64,000 bases of DNA, taken from Bugula neritina. Its lineage: Eukaryota > Animalia > Bryozoa. Location: positions 12,720,698-12,784,697 of the forward strand of contig OZ037765.1 of NCBI GenBank assembly GCA_964035545.1. Reading direction: 5' to 3'. This document shows, piece by piece, positions 14,270-26,249 of the stretch (within the stretch, counting starts at the first letter, position 1; every line of letters begins with the position of its first letter). The notes under the pieces were generated by a model. That model was not told the origin of the DNA, made no database searches, and saw nothing but the letters and a program-made list of their open reading frames with translations. The translations under genes were made by a program, and so were the position numbers.

Positions 14270-16023
14270 CCTTTTGCTTTCTAAAATAAGACAGAAAAAG
14301 TTAATTCAGTAATGCTTAAAACTATACAGAAAAGAGGAACTTGAAAATATTTATTACAGAGTTTTTGCTAATTAAACTGTGTTTTTACAATTTATATGGT
14401 TGAATTGTCATGAGAAAGCCTAATGAGATCCCAGAACTCCTGAAGGTCTATAGTATTAAGCAGTGCTAAGCAAGCTGAGCAGAATCATGCTGACCACATA
14501 ATGAAGGAAAGAGCCACATTTAGTTCCTTAAAACAGGTGGCAAAAACACACATGTGGTTTCTGCAACAAAAACTGCCACTCTCGCGTTGACCTCCACAGC
14601 CATACGAAGAGACGCAACAAGTGAACATGACTCTGCCTGGTGCAGTCATCATAGAAGTAGGCTGAAGATAGTTGCATTAGACATGTACAATAAACCAAGG
14701 GTAGATGTACTTGCGTTTTCCAAGTATCATAGCATGAACATTACAATGGTCAAACTAGTTTTTATTTTCCTTAAAAAATATAATTTATTTGGTGATTGTC
14801 ATCAATAATACGAGATGGCACAAAAATTTTAAATGCGACAATTTAAATTTTTCATGTAACATTATCTCAAATTAATCAACTTGTGTTCGTTGAATATCTT
14901 GGTTGCAGACTGCTTTGACAGCTGCTTTTAATTAATTTGAGCTGCATCATACACCATACTTGGCATATAAAAATTATACCTGGAACTCTATTAAAAGTAA
15001 CACTACTTTATAAATTTATTTTAGTTTTATGTTTAATGCAATAACCAATTCCTGTAAAATTAAAACGTTCCAACTGTGAGACACATGAAAAATGCTGCGA
15101 AATAAAAGAGAATCCAGACTAGCAACAAGAGTTAGAGAAACTATGCTTTTAACAAACCTTACTTACAAATACTTGATTAAACAGCCAGAACCTGAAATCA
15201 AGAGACTAATTCTGTATAAACCTTAGAAAATCAAGAAACAAGTTTTTGATATATAGTTTTTTTCAAGAAGTAATTACCTGACAGCTACACACTGAAAACA
15301 TCTTGTTCAAACACTAGAAGATATTTATATTTAATAGTTTTGATCTGCAACATTTTAGTACCATTTGATATCTTTATCTTAGTTTAGTAAGTGGGAAAAT
15401 ATATTAAAAAAATTAGATAAGCATGACAGGAAAACTGAAACAATGAAAAATTGAGTCACCTAAGTTTCTAGAATGACAAAATAACTTCGAAATATGATGC
15501 AGGGCCTAGCTTATGAAAGTGAAGTATATTGTTTGAAGAGGAATATAACTAAGATAAAAAAATATTTAGGTCAAAAATAAATTAAGAACAATTGAAAGTT
15601 CATAACATAGATATAAAGGCAGTATATCATATACATCTATTTTAGGCCAAGAAATAAAAACCAAGAAAATCCAATAAAAGAGTAAATGCAGGTTGGGAAA
15701 TATTTTTAGGCCAAGGGTATATATTAAAATGTAGCATGCCAATATATCTAAAATCAGCAATTAACTACAAATCAGATGCTGGCAAAAAATGTGAAGAATA
15801 AAAAATGACTGTCAATCACGATGATGATGCTAATAGAAAAACAAAAAGATGGGCTTAGAATAAGATTTTAAAGAACAGAAATCAAGCTAGCTGGATATTT
15901 CAGCTGAAGGACAACAACATATGTGAACAATCACTACGACTATTAGCATTATAGATGTTGAAACATAAGAGGGGAAACAAAGAGAAAATGGCAGATAAAC
16001 CAAAATAATTTTGGAAGACAACA

Positions 16024-16521
16024 GGTTACTGTCGTTTCGTACACTAGTCATTTTGTATACAAAATGGCCATTACATGCACAAACTACTGTCCATTTCATA
16101 CGCAGAATGAATAATAAATGATTCCACTGGATAATCACTTGAACTAGTTTAATTATTGTTTGCATCCCAGCTCTCCCACTCTTCCTCCCTCCCACCCTCT
16201 CTCTCCCTTTCTCTCCCACCCTCCCCCTCTCTATCTGTCTTTTCCAGCATGTTTCCACTTCACAATGTCACCTATTGAATAAATGATGTTGACTAACCTA
16301 ACAGATATGATACCTGTATCGCATTCATCCTGAGTTAGTTGAAAGAATTCAATAAATATTGTGCCTTGTGGAGTGAATACGTTTATAATTGTTAGTGGGG
16401 TGAATATCTTCATAATAAATAAATATAAAAAAACATGCATTTTAGTTAATTTACATTAATGTGTATTAAACGACCTGAAAAGTTAGTACGAAACGACTTA
16501 TGCACGAAATGACATGTACCC
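16024..16521. mobile_element. Non-autonomous Mutator-like (MULE) TIR element, about 500 bp
   Basis: Left end ggttactgtcgtttcgtacac; right end reverse complement gggtacatgtcatttcgtgc...gtcgtttcgtac. Subterminal GTCGTTTCGTAC-type repeats. A 10-bp direct repeat GAAGACAACA at 16014-16023 and 16522-16531; 9-11-bp TSDs are typical of Mutator. Confidence 0.75.
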
Positions 16522-16719
16522 GAAGACAACAGCTTGGAGAAGATCAGCACAAAAATTTGGATAAAATATGCTTAGGCCTTTAAAGTTCGTCAAGCAGCAG
16601 ATCATAAGTATTCTAATGATACTGTTATTCCCAGTGACAATCACAGTGTCAGGGTGAATGATTAATAATCATACCCCTAGGATTATAGATTATCAGATTA
16701 TGATATTTTACATCATGAT

Positions 16720-17305
16720 AATCATATTGTAATAGAAAATATCTATATTCATATTGGTATTATTATTGATAGTAGTAATACTAATACTTTACTTAAAAAC
16801 TAAAAAGGCCAATCGACTTGTGTAACCCTTGGAATAGAATATTTATTCTATTTTAACTAAAGTCTAATGTCAAATCACAAATGTGTGTAGCCATAAAGTT
16901 AAACTTAAAGACTAAAGTTAAAGTGATAAAAATAGTTTACAAATGCAACTAGTACTACCATTTTCAATTTCAGTAGTAGTTCGTTGCGAAGATAATCATA
17001 ATATTAATGATTTAATCATACTAAATCATAATTATAATCATAATGTTAATGACAATCTTAATCTTATACTATAGTTAATGTTATTCATATTTATATTCAT
17101 ATTGATATTCATATAGATATTCTTATTGTAATTGTAATCACTAATGAGTAATGAGTAATCGACTAATCGTTATGATTATCATTGAATTTGACCATTTCGT
17201 TTTATAGTTATCATACTCATACTAATACCCACTATAAGTAAAAGCATGAGGTTGAGTGCGACTATGAGTATGAGTATTACTATTACTATTAGTATTACTA
17301 TTAAC
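16720..17305. repeat. Degenerate 6-bp-periodic AT-rich tract
   Basis: Examples: act atg agt atg agt att act att act att agt att act att; cat att tat att cat att gat att. Confidence 0.75.
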
Positions 17306-19082
17306 CTAGAAGGAACAATAGTTAGTAATGGTGCAGGTCTGCAGGATATAAACTGGGTCGGGATTTGGCACTTGAGAACAGAGTTGCTTCCTCTTTATTT
17401 ATACATTTCAGCGATTATATTTTACTAAAACAGCTTGTCAATAACAGTGTGAACTTTAACCCTTTGGTCAATAAAGGCTTCTTTGTTCAATTTTCTTAGA
17501 TCTATTTAATGTGTGATACATGTTTTATTTCTAGAGATGCAAAATTACTGAAATTATTTTCAATAAATATTATTGATATCAACATGTTAAGTCATGCAAG
17601 TTCATGTTGTTTGAACTTTGAGCAGATATGGCATTATTTCAATGATGATGTAGAACTTTGTTCTAGTTTATTTTGTTCTAAAAATTATTAAAATTACAGC
17701 CTAAAATTGCAAATGATTTTGATCGCTTGGATGTAATTGTACTACCCTCCCTGGCATCCCACTTTGTGAGACCAAGAAACCTGTACAATCCAAGCACTCA
17801 ATGGCATCTTAAATGCTAAAACTGGAAATACTCTATAGTCTATAGGGTACCCTACCATTTGATAGACCCTAGATTTATGCGGCTGCTAGTACATACTACA
17901 TAATTCTGCTTATTTAATTTTATATCAATATATACTTTTGGTACCTCGCAGTATATGCCATGCTTATAAATCATAACTGCTATATGCTCCATGTGCAAAC
18001 TGAAATAGTTTCAGTTATGTGAGAAAACTTGTACATTTGTAATTTGCAGAAAGATCAAAATAGCCTTTGCTATACTGATTGCTTGCTCAACCATTTCTGG
18101 CTATTGATTTTTTTACTTTGGCAGCTTTTGCCAATTTTTTGCACCTTCTAAAATCTATTGGGACTGTAATATATATTTTATTATTTAAATTTGATCCACC
18201 TATGACCAGTCCATAAGTGGATAAATATTTTTGTGTATTGTAAAAACTTATAATGCATGGTAATTTCTCTTTTCCCTTTCCCTAGTAAATCATTTCCCAT
18301 AAAAAACACCCATAAATATTGGCAGGTTTCCACAATTTGGCAAACGGTACTGTTAAAATTTTGCAAATGTTTGACTGCATGCATATAATGTTGAATATTT
18401 GACTGTCTCTTAGTACTGACACTTATCATTCCCTTTAAAGTCAGTTTAAATAGTCTTTTGAAACTTTATAACATTGTTATATATCTTTGAATGATAAAGC
18501 TACGTGTGTACACTTCTACTTCTAAGTCTTTTTGATAAGATTTGAAAGTTTCCAAACTTTGACTTTTTTTCCTTCCCTTCCAGGGCTTTTATAGTTTCAT
18601 AATAATTATCTATGACCATGTAAGTTTCAGTTGCTACTGTGAGACTAGTAACTTTGACTATTGTTTGAGCTGTTGAAGCAATTGGGAAAATAGCATAAAT
18701 CAACTAAAATACAGCAATTACTCAAATTATAGTTTTATATTCTTTAAATCACTATAAATTGTTCAATAAAATGATATTTATTGTCCTTGCAGTCTAGTTG
18801 TATTTTGTTGTTACTGTAAAGTTGTCTTCTTTCTTTGATTAAAATTGACTCAATCAAAACTTGAAAAATTTATATCTATTCTGTATCCCCATTTACAATC
18901 GTAAGACAGATCTATTTACGAGCATGTGATTTGCAGCAGAGTCTAATGTACAAGAAAACATCAACAAGAGATAAGCTCACGGTGGCACTGGCACGCTAGA
19001 CTAGCTAGTAACAGCAACACTAACTGGCAATATAGAAAGAGATTATTTGGAAGCTTTATATGATTTTAGATAAATTAAAGAC

Positions 19083-22000
19083 ATGCAACGAAAAATGATT
19101 ACATTTTTGGCTTGTATAAGTCTTTTTCTAGCTGCCACAAAGGTAATATTTTTTCTATTTAAATTTTATTTCAATTATATATATAAATATTTAAAATATA
19201 AAGATTTAATTTTATTATTTATTTACTAATAATTATAATAATTATACTTATAAATATAGTTATAGTTATACTTTTATAGTAATATTTATACTAAATCTAA
19301 TAGTAATACTAATACTAATACTATTAATAACAATAGTAATACTTAGAGTTGGTCTATTAATATTAAATTTTATTATTATAGTTATACTTATAGTTCTAAT
19401 TGTCATAGTTAATGTTATACTATAACTATAAGTATAACTATAAGTATAACCATTACTTAATCTTATAGTTAGACACTTATAGTTATACCTAATCTTATTG
19501 TTATAGTTATACTAATACTTAATACTTATATTATAAAGGCTAGAATTCAAGAAGACGAAGTGGAGTTGGAGTTAAACTTAAAGTTAAATTAAACTTAGAA
19601 TAAAAGACTAAGAACAAAGTATTACTATTACTATTAGTATTAGTATTAGTGATTGTAAAGTAAAAGTTTGAATTTAAGTTGTTAATGACTTTATCGTAGT
19701 TCATAATGATAATCATAATGTTTTATTAATGTTTAAGTTCAGGATTGTTACTATAAGTATAAGTATAACTATAAGTATAAGTATAACTATTAATTAGACT
19801 TATACTTATACTATTAGTATTAGTATTATTACTGTTAGTTTTAGTATTACTATTAGACTTTGCATTATTATAACTACTATAACTATTGGTATTACTATTA
19901 GTATTAGTATAAGTATTACTATTAGTATAATCATTAACATAGCTAAACCTAATCTTATACTAATAGTATTAGTAATACTAAAACTAAAGTAAATAGTCTA
20001 ATTGAGTAATACTAGTAGACATAGTCATAAGCAGTATTTAATTTTATATTGATAATACTAATCTAACACTAATAGTAATAACAATAGTAAACTATTATAA
20101 GCATAACTATTAGACTTAGCATTTATATTATAATCAATATTATTATTATTAGTATGAATAATACTAATAGTATTATTATTAATATTATCTTAATCTTAAA
20201 GTTAATCTAGAAGTGTAACTATTACTATTAGTAAATAAATATTAATCTACTCCTATGAACTTGTAGCAATACTAATTATAATAATTGGTTTAAGTTTTAA
20301 AATGACCATAGTCATAATGATAATCATAATTATAATGATATGAATATAAAAAATGATTAAATCAGGACTAAACATTTAAACTTTAACTTACCAAGTATAG
20401 TAGTAATTAGTTTTAAGATCAACAGGAGCTGTCTGTTTTACTTTCTATCGCTATGCTAGTACTTACCAGTAACAGCTACGAATTAGTAAAGTTACTTATT
20501 TAGTATAACTTATTAGATTTTTGTCATTAGCTCATTAGGCAAATAGCAATATTACTACATATATCCAAATGTATTATTTTTAATGAACGTCTATGTTTAG
20601 CCCCAGGGCTAATCCTTTAAGTATCACTATCTTTTTATGGCTTTGTTCAAAAAAATTAAGTCAAACTTTTTTTGTATTACCATCAATGATACTTCTTAAG
20701 TTGTAAGAATTAAAAGTGTTCTGATTAGTTGCCAATTCTGGTTGGTTATGTAGGCTTAGCTATCTGTTGATGAGTTAGTATGTATATAGTGATAGTTATA
20801 GCTTTAGGTACAATAGGTTTTTAATTTATGGCCAGTATCTTAAAGTAAAGTAATGGATATAGTACTAATGATTGACTATTTAATCCAAAATTTTTTAATG
20901 TGACAGTTCCTTCTTATTGATTTTAATGTTGAAGTATTAGATACTCGAATAGGTTATTCCCTTGATGTTGCTAAGAGCAAAGTGGCACTCGTTGGTAAAT
21001 ACCCAGCTTCTTTAATAGTAAAATTTTGTCAACTTAAATGATAAATAATAAAGCATTATTCTCATAGATCTCTTTATAAAGCTAGAGTTCAAGTCGAAAT
21101 CAAATTTTCCATTCTCAGTTTAAAAACACCACTATTCTGACAATTCATAGCATACACAGACTATAGCCACATTAAAACAAGGTGTCCACTAGTTATTTCA
21201 AGAGTAATGAGAGTGTGTTTTGGTTCAAAAGGATAAGGTTTAGTATGTACAACTTTTTGAACTATTGAAAATTTTTATTGTTTTTATACAATTTTGTTTT
21301 TCCTCAAAAACTTCTCTGTTTCTAAGTTAACATTTCACAAGTTGAGCTGGCTCATGAATTTTTTTCCTCTGTTATCATTCCATAGTCGCATTATCATGGA
21401 AATTGCTATGTGATATCACTTAGTAGGTTCACCCAAGTAGATTATCATTGTTGTATGTAGCTATCTGATAAGGTTAGCCTTCTTCATGTGATACATACTA
21501 ACCTTGAGGCTCACATGACTTTGCTTTATATATTTCATCAGCATGCTATTTGTCAAACTTTCCTATTCAGTAAAATCGGGATTCTAGAATGAAATACAGA
21601 GAGACTAATGGTGTTATATTGAGAAATGGGACACCTATTTAGTTTCTAAAGAAGTTTTTATAAGTGATGTATTACTATGCGTATAAAAGCAGAAAAGCTA
21701 CTCAATTCCTATTAAAACACTTTATTGCTTGTGCACTTGCGATTAAAACTTTTCTTCTGTTTGTCAGTTTTGTTACAAATTAGTGTTATTTGTGTCATAG
21801 AGTGTCATTATATGTTCAGGGAGCAAATATAATAGGGATATGCTTGCAATAAACCAGGAAATACTCTAACATGAGGGCTTAGCATGTTTACTGGTTTCTC
21901 TGTATGGATTTCAGTTCGACTGCAGTCAGCTCAGTTGAAAGGTCACATTCAGTTCAATGTTTTTTACATCACATTTTTGTGTCAAGGTTTCCACTGTTTA

Positions 22001-25000
22001 TGAGAGTGCAATATGTTAGGAAATATAGGCTTGCTTGTCTACAATGGCCAACCATCAATTCTTCCGCTAAAAATGCATTAGGTTTTTCATTAAATTTAAT
22101 ACTCACTAATGTAAAATTTGTTTGGGCAAATGCTGGTAGCTTTAGTAGAAATTATTTTCCCTAGTAAGTAGTAGTTTACTATTTTCTCACTTAGTAACTG
22201 GATGTGTTAGCCCACCTTTCCTACTGTTGTGTTGTATAGATAAGTACTGCAATGAATTACTACCAACTTTCTTACTGTCACTACACTTTATTATCTCAAA
22301 TCTCAAAGCTAACTGACCCACTTGATAAACAAACAGTATGTCACAACAGTTACATAGCACTTTTAAAACCACAACATAATTACTTTGACAGCATAATTGC
22401 ACCGCTATAACATTCCACAATATAAGGCTACTAGCAGGTATAAGTCATGGGATAATATAAACATAGCTTTAGTAAACAGATACAAACATTACACCTACCT
22501 CTTTAGTGTGTGAGCTGCTCAGCCCAGATTAGATTAGCATTTCTCAATTACCGGCTTTCCATGTACCGATCTCAGGGAGATTGATCCATGGAAAGACGTC
22601 AAAGATCGATCTCAGTCGTTCTGAGCTGGTCGGTCTGTAGAGCTCGAACTCAGATCGATCTCAAGGCAATAAGACCATGGAAAGACGAAAGATCGATCCG
22701 AAAAGTAGAAAAATGACTGCTCGCTAAAATGTCGTCTGCTAATAAAAATGATAACTTATTGTTAATTACTAAGCAAAGTACTTAATAATTAAGATAGCCA
22801 CCTTTTCAAGTGGCAAAACTTTGACTTTCAGTAAAATGACTAAGAAAACTTAATTATGTAAAATTATAGACCGTAGAAGATGCGAAAAGTGAGAGCATTT
22901 AAATTGAAATTAAATGACTAGTATACGCACTGTCATTAGTTATTTGCTGCGTAATTTTAAGCCTAATAGTCCCGTAAGTTTATGAATAAGCTGTACAACA
23001 GCTATTAATTTTATATAAGCTGTCAAGCTAACATATTAAAATCAATTATTTTAAATTGGCCAAATTACTTCATATTAAAAGCTTTACTGCGTAGAGTTTA
23101 TAGCTGACTTTAAATTTTAGACTATGAAAATTTTGGTTTTCAACAGCAGTAGCTTTTATCACTCAGGTGGGTAAAAAAATTATACTATTAAAGTAGTCTT
23201 CACCTAAGAGGAGGCAACTCCCAGAGATCGATCTGACACTTTCATGGAAAAACGATCGATCTGAGCACATTACTCAGATCGATCTCGCTGAGATCGGTAC
23301 ATGGAAAGCCCGTGAATGGATTGATTGGCATGATATTGAACTGAGCTGACAACCCAGCTCAGAGCACAGAGATCGAACTTTGACCTGTTGCCATATCTAG
23401 AACTAGCTGCAGTCAACTGAAATGATACATGAAAAACCAGTTAGAATGTTGATTGTTTGATGAATCGGACATCTTTAGTTAGAATCAAACTAGCACACTA
23501 GTTGGAAAATCTGAAATAATATACAATTATTTATATTGTAGGCTTCTACTTTCTGTTATTCAGATGATTACATAAGCTACTACTGTGGTAAGAGCATAGC
23601 TAACTATCTTTTACCTTCACTGCATTTGCATCATTTCCATCATCAATGGATTTTTCATTCACCTAACGGAAACAGTTACATTGAAGGAAACCAGAACCAT
23701 AAGTTAATACAAACTACAGTATAATTCGAAGTCATGGAAACGCAGTCCTTTTAATTTAATTTAAAGACAATTATATAGTTAGTTTACTTATATGGTAACA
23801 TATAACTTAGAAAGATTAAAATTTTTGCATTGTGAAACCTACCAGCATTTTTCAATGTGATATCTCCTACATAGTGAGTAACTTGTGATATAATTGTTCT
23901 GGTAGATTATATAAAATGTACTTGAGTTAAAGATTATGTTGGTGTTGTAGAAGATTACCAAACATGCTGTGGATATATGTCATGCTGTACCAGCTATACA
24001 TCAGTATGGGGACTGTGGTGTAAGTAGCCCTTTCTTTGACACTGCTAACATGTGCCCTTGTTTGCTGCAGATTAGCTAATTTTATTATACAACTACTAGT
24101 CAAAGATTGTAATGTTACATAACACATGTGACTATGCAAAGTTGAGCCATATAAGGACAAGTGTTACTGACTCACAGTTCAATAGAATCATATTTCAAAG
24201 GGGAAGTTAACATCTCAGCTAGAGTACTAGAACAATAGTGCAGAAATTTTAAATCAAGTTGGAAAATGTTATATTTCATGGTTTAAAGGTGTTCTATCAT
24301 CAGCACTATCATGAGAAAACTTATTGAGTAAATTTAAATTTTAAGATATATTTTTACAATGTACAAAACTCCATGTTTGCTAGAATTAGTCTCAAACTTT
24401 CCAATAGTAGAAGACTTTTGCAGTTGATCAATCAATCAATAAGCAATGAGAAGTTTACTTAATTTTAGTTGAAATTCAGTAAGATTTCTTATTTTGCTTT
24501 ATGGTCCCCTTTTTTTAGTTTCACACCTGTACAGTTGTGATACTGTTTGGATAACCATCTCCTTCCTTTTTTAAGCCTGAGCTGTATGGATAGTGTGTAT
24601 CTTCCAGCCTAGTTTATTAAGTTTTAACTTGGAGTTTTGGTACTGTGTGAGATGATGCATTGTCCTGGAGACAGCCTCTTTGGACTAAATTCTCCTTTGT
24701 TTGTTTAGATGTCTTTTCTGACCTTAACAACTAGCTCAAAGTTCTAGTTATCTGTGTCTACTGTGTGGCCATGGTTATTGAAGTTTTTTCTTCTCGCTGG
24801 GGATGGCATCATGTTTCTACTTCATATATTGTGAAAAATAGAGCACGCATGTATCATCAATAGTGAACATTTGTGACAAAAAATTATCCTGTTTCTTTCC
24901 AACTTTATATGACCGTCTCTGGAAACCAACCAGTGCTATGGTCATGCATCAAAATTATGGTCAAAATTCTTAAATTTTCATGCATAGATTTACTCCTCAT

Positions 25001-25663
25001 GTAATTGTGGTTTTAGAGTTGCTTTTCAACCTTTTGAGCTGCTTCTAAGGTTGTCAGCAGAAGACAGCCTTGGTTCTTCTGCCATATTTGCTCTGCATGT
25101 CATTTATGAAAGCTGTTGTCTATTTGTGAAAATTATCTTTAGATAGGCTATGCAGGCAGAGCCACCTTATCTTGTCATTCTCTACAATATGTCACTTGAT
25201 TTTACCACCTTCAGCTCATAAGAATTTTATTAATCTTTGCTCCAAGCCTGAGAATAGTTTTAGTGAGGTGTCCATCTTGAATTTACTTACTTACTCAAAT
25301 CTTGTAATTTCAGTTGGGGGGGGGGGTGGGGAGGGGGAGGGTTACAATTTGACATATAAACTCTCATAAAGTCTCATTACTTATTGACTGAGAGTTTAAC
25401 TTTATTTTGTAGACTTCTGGCTGGTCCTGATAATTGTGTTGAGTATTATATCCTCATGCATCGGCTGCTGTGTTCGGGCCGCTAGACGACGACAGATGGA
25501 GCGTTACATGGCTGTGAATAGAAACCCACCCACTGGATATGGGACTACAGTCACAGTAGAGCAAGTGGCTACTCCATATTATACGGGTACGGGTGGTGCA
25601 GCAGCTCCCCCGCCTTATGTAGCCAAAACCACAGCATCTGCTCCACCAGCTTATCACCAATAA
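19083..25663 (+). CDS. VOPP1/WBP1-family (Shisa-like) single-pass membrane protein with PPxY motifs, 141 aa
   Basis: Exons 19083-19142 (signal peptide MQRKMITFLACISLFLAATK), 23542-23587 (ASTFCYSDDYISYYC), 23951-24019 (EDYQTCCGYMSCCTSYTSVWGLW) and 25413-25663 (YFWLVLIIVLSIISSCIGCCVRAARRR...APPPY...APPAYHQ*). The C..C..CC..CC ectodomain, LWYFW juxtamembrane motif, TM helix, CC plus basic stop-transfer and PPxY motifs are typical of VOPP1/WBP1. 426 nt, phases consistent. Confidence 0.85.
19230..20410. repeat. Degenerate 6-bp-periodic AT-rich tract in the first intron of the VOPP1-like gene
   Basis: Examples: act ata act ata agt ata act ata agt ata; agt aat act aat act aat act. Begins about 90 nt after the exon-1 donor at 19143. 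Confidence 0.85.
21891..23440. mobile_element. Older PIF/Harbinger-like non-autonomous element (outer element of a nest)
   Basis: Left TTA|ctggtttctctgtatggatttcagttcgactgcag; right ctgcagtcaactgaaatgatacatgaaaaaccag|TTA. Imperfect TIR of about 35 bp with a 3-bp TTA TSD. Confidence 0.7.
22551..23312. mobile_element. PIF/Harbinger-like MITE, about 760 bp (inner element)
   Basis: TIR ggctttccatgtaccgatctcag(g/c)gagat(t/c)gatc at both ends, subterminal GATCGATCT and CCATGGAAA repeats, flanks tta/tga. Confidence 0.85.
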
Positions 25664-26249
25664 AACTATGAACTTCTTGAAAATATAAATTACATTTCAT
25701 TTTGTTTTACTCTTGTGACAATATAGAATTGTCTTTTTAATAATCTATAATTTCAATGCAAAAATATTTTTTTAATGCTCAGTATTTTTTAATGTTTGAT
25801 TTATCACAATCACCTCTTGATTTGGCAATACTGGTTTTTTCACAATATTTGCAGTTGATTAGAAATATATTGTACAAGACAAAATATCCACAATTATATA
25901 CATGTTATGACTATTTAATAAAAAATAAATGTTGTATAAAAATTAAAAATAGTTTGTTGAAAATATTTATAGTCCATTGGGGGTACATTAGCACCAATAA
26001 TATCTGGTCAGTTGCAAGATGTTTCCTTCAATGCATAAGCTTGAATTTGATACTATTAAACATTAAAATATCATTCATCTTGAAACAATATTCTGAGTTA
26101 TGAAAGTTTATTGGGCGAGTTTATGTAGTATACAAAGTCATTGTCTTTGTCTCCAAGACCTTCGTACGAGATTGACATCCCTCCTTTGACAGTTGGCTAG
26201 TATAATCAACCAACTTGTACACTCTGTAACTTGTAAATGTAGAGTTATA

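Noticed and set aside
17246-17428. Ser/Ile/Thr-rich ORF (MSMSITITISITIN); the period-3 signal of the hexamer tracts suggesting coding sequence
   Set aside because: The periodicity comes from the hexamer pattern. The tracts lack long ORFs and coherent splice phases and lie in introns.
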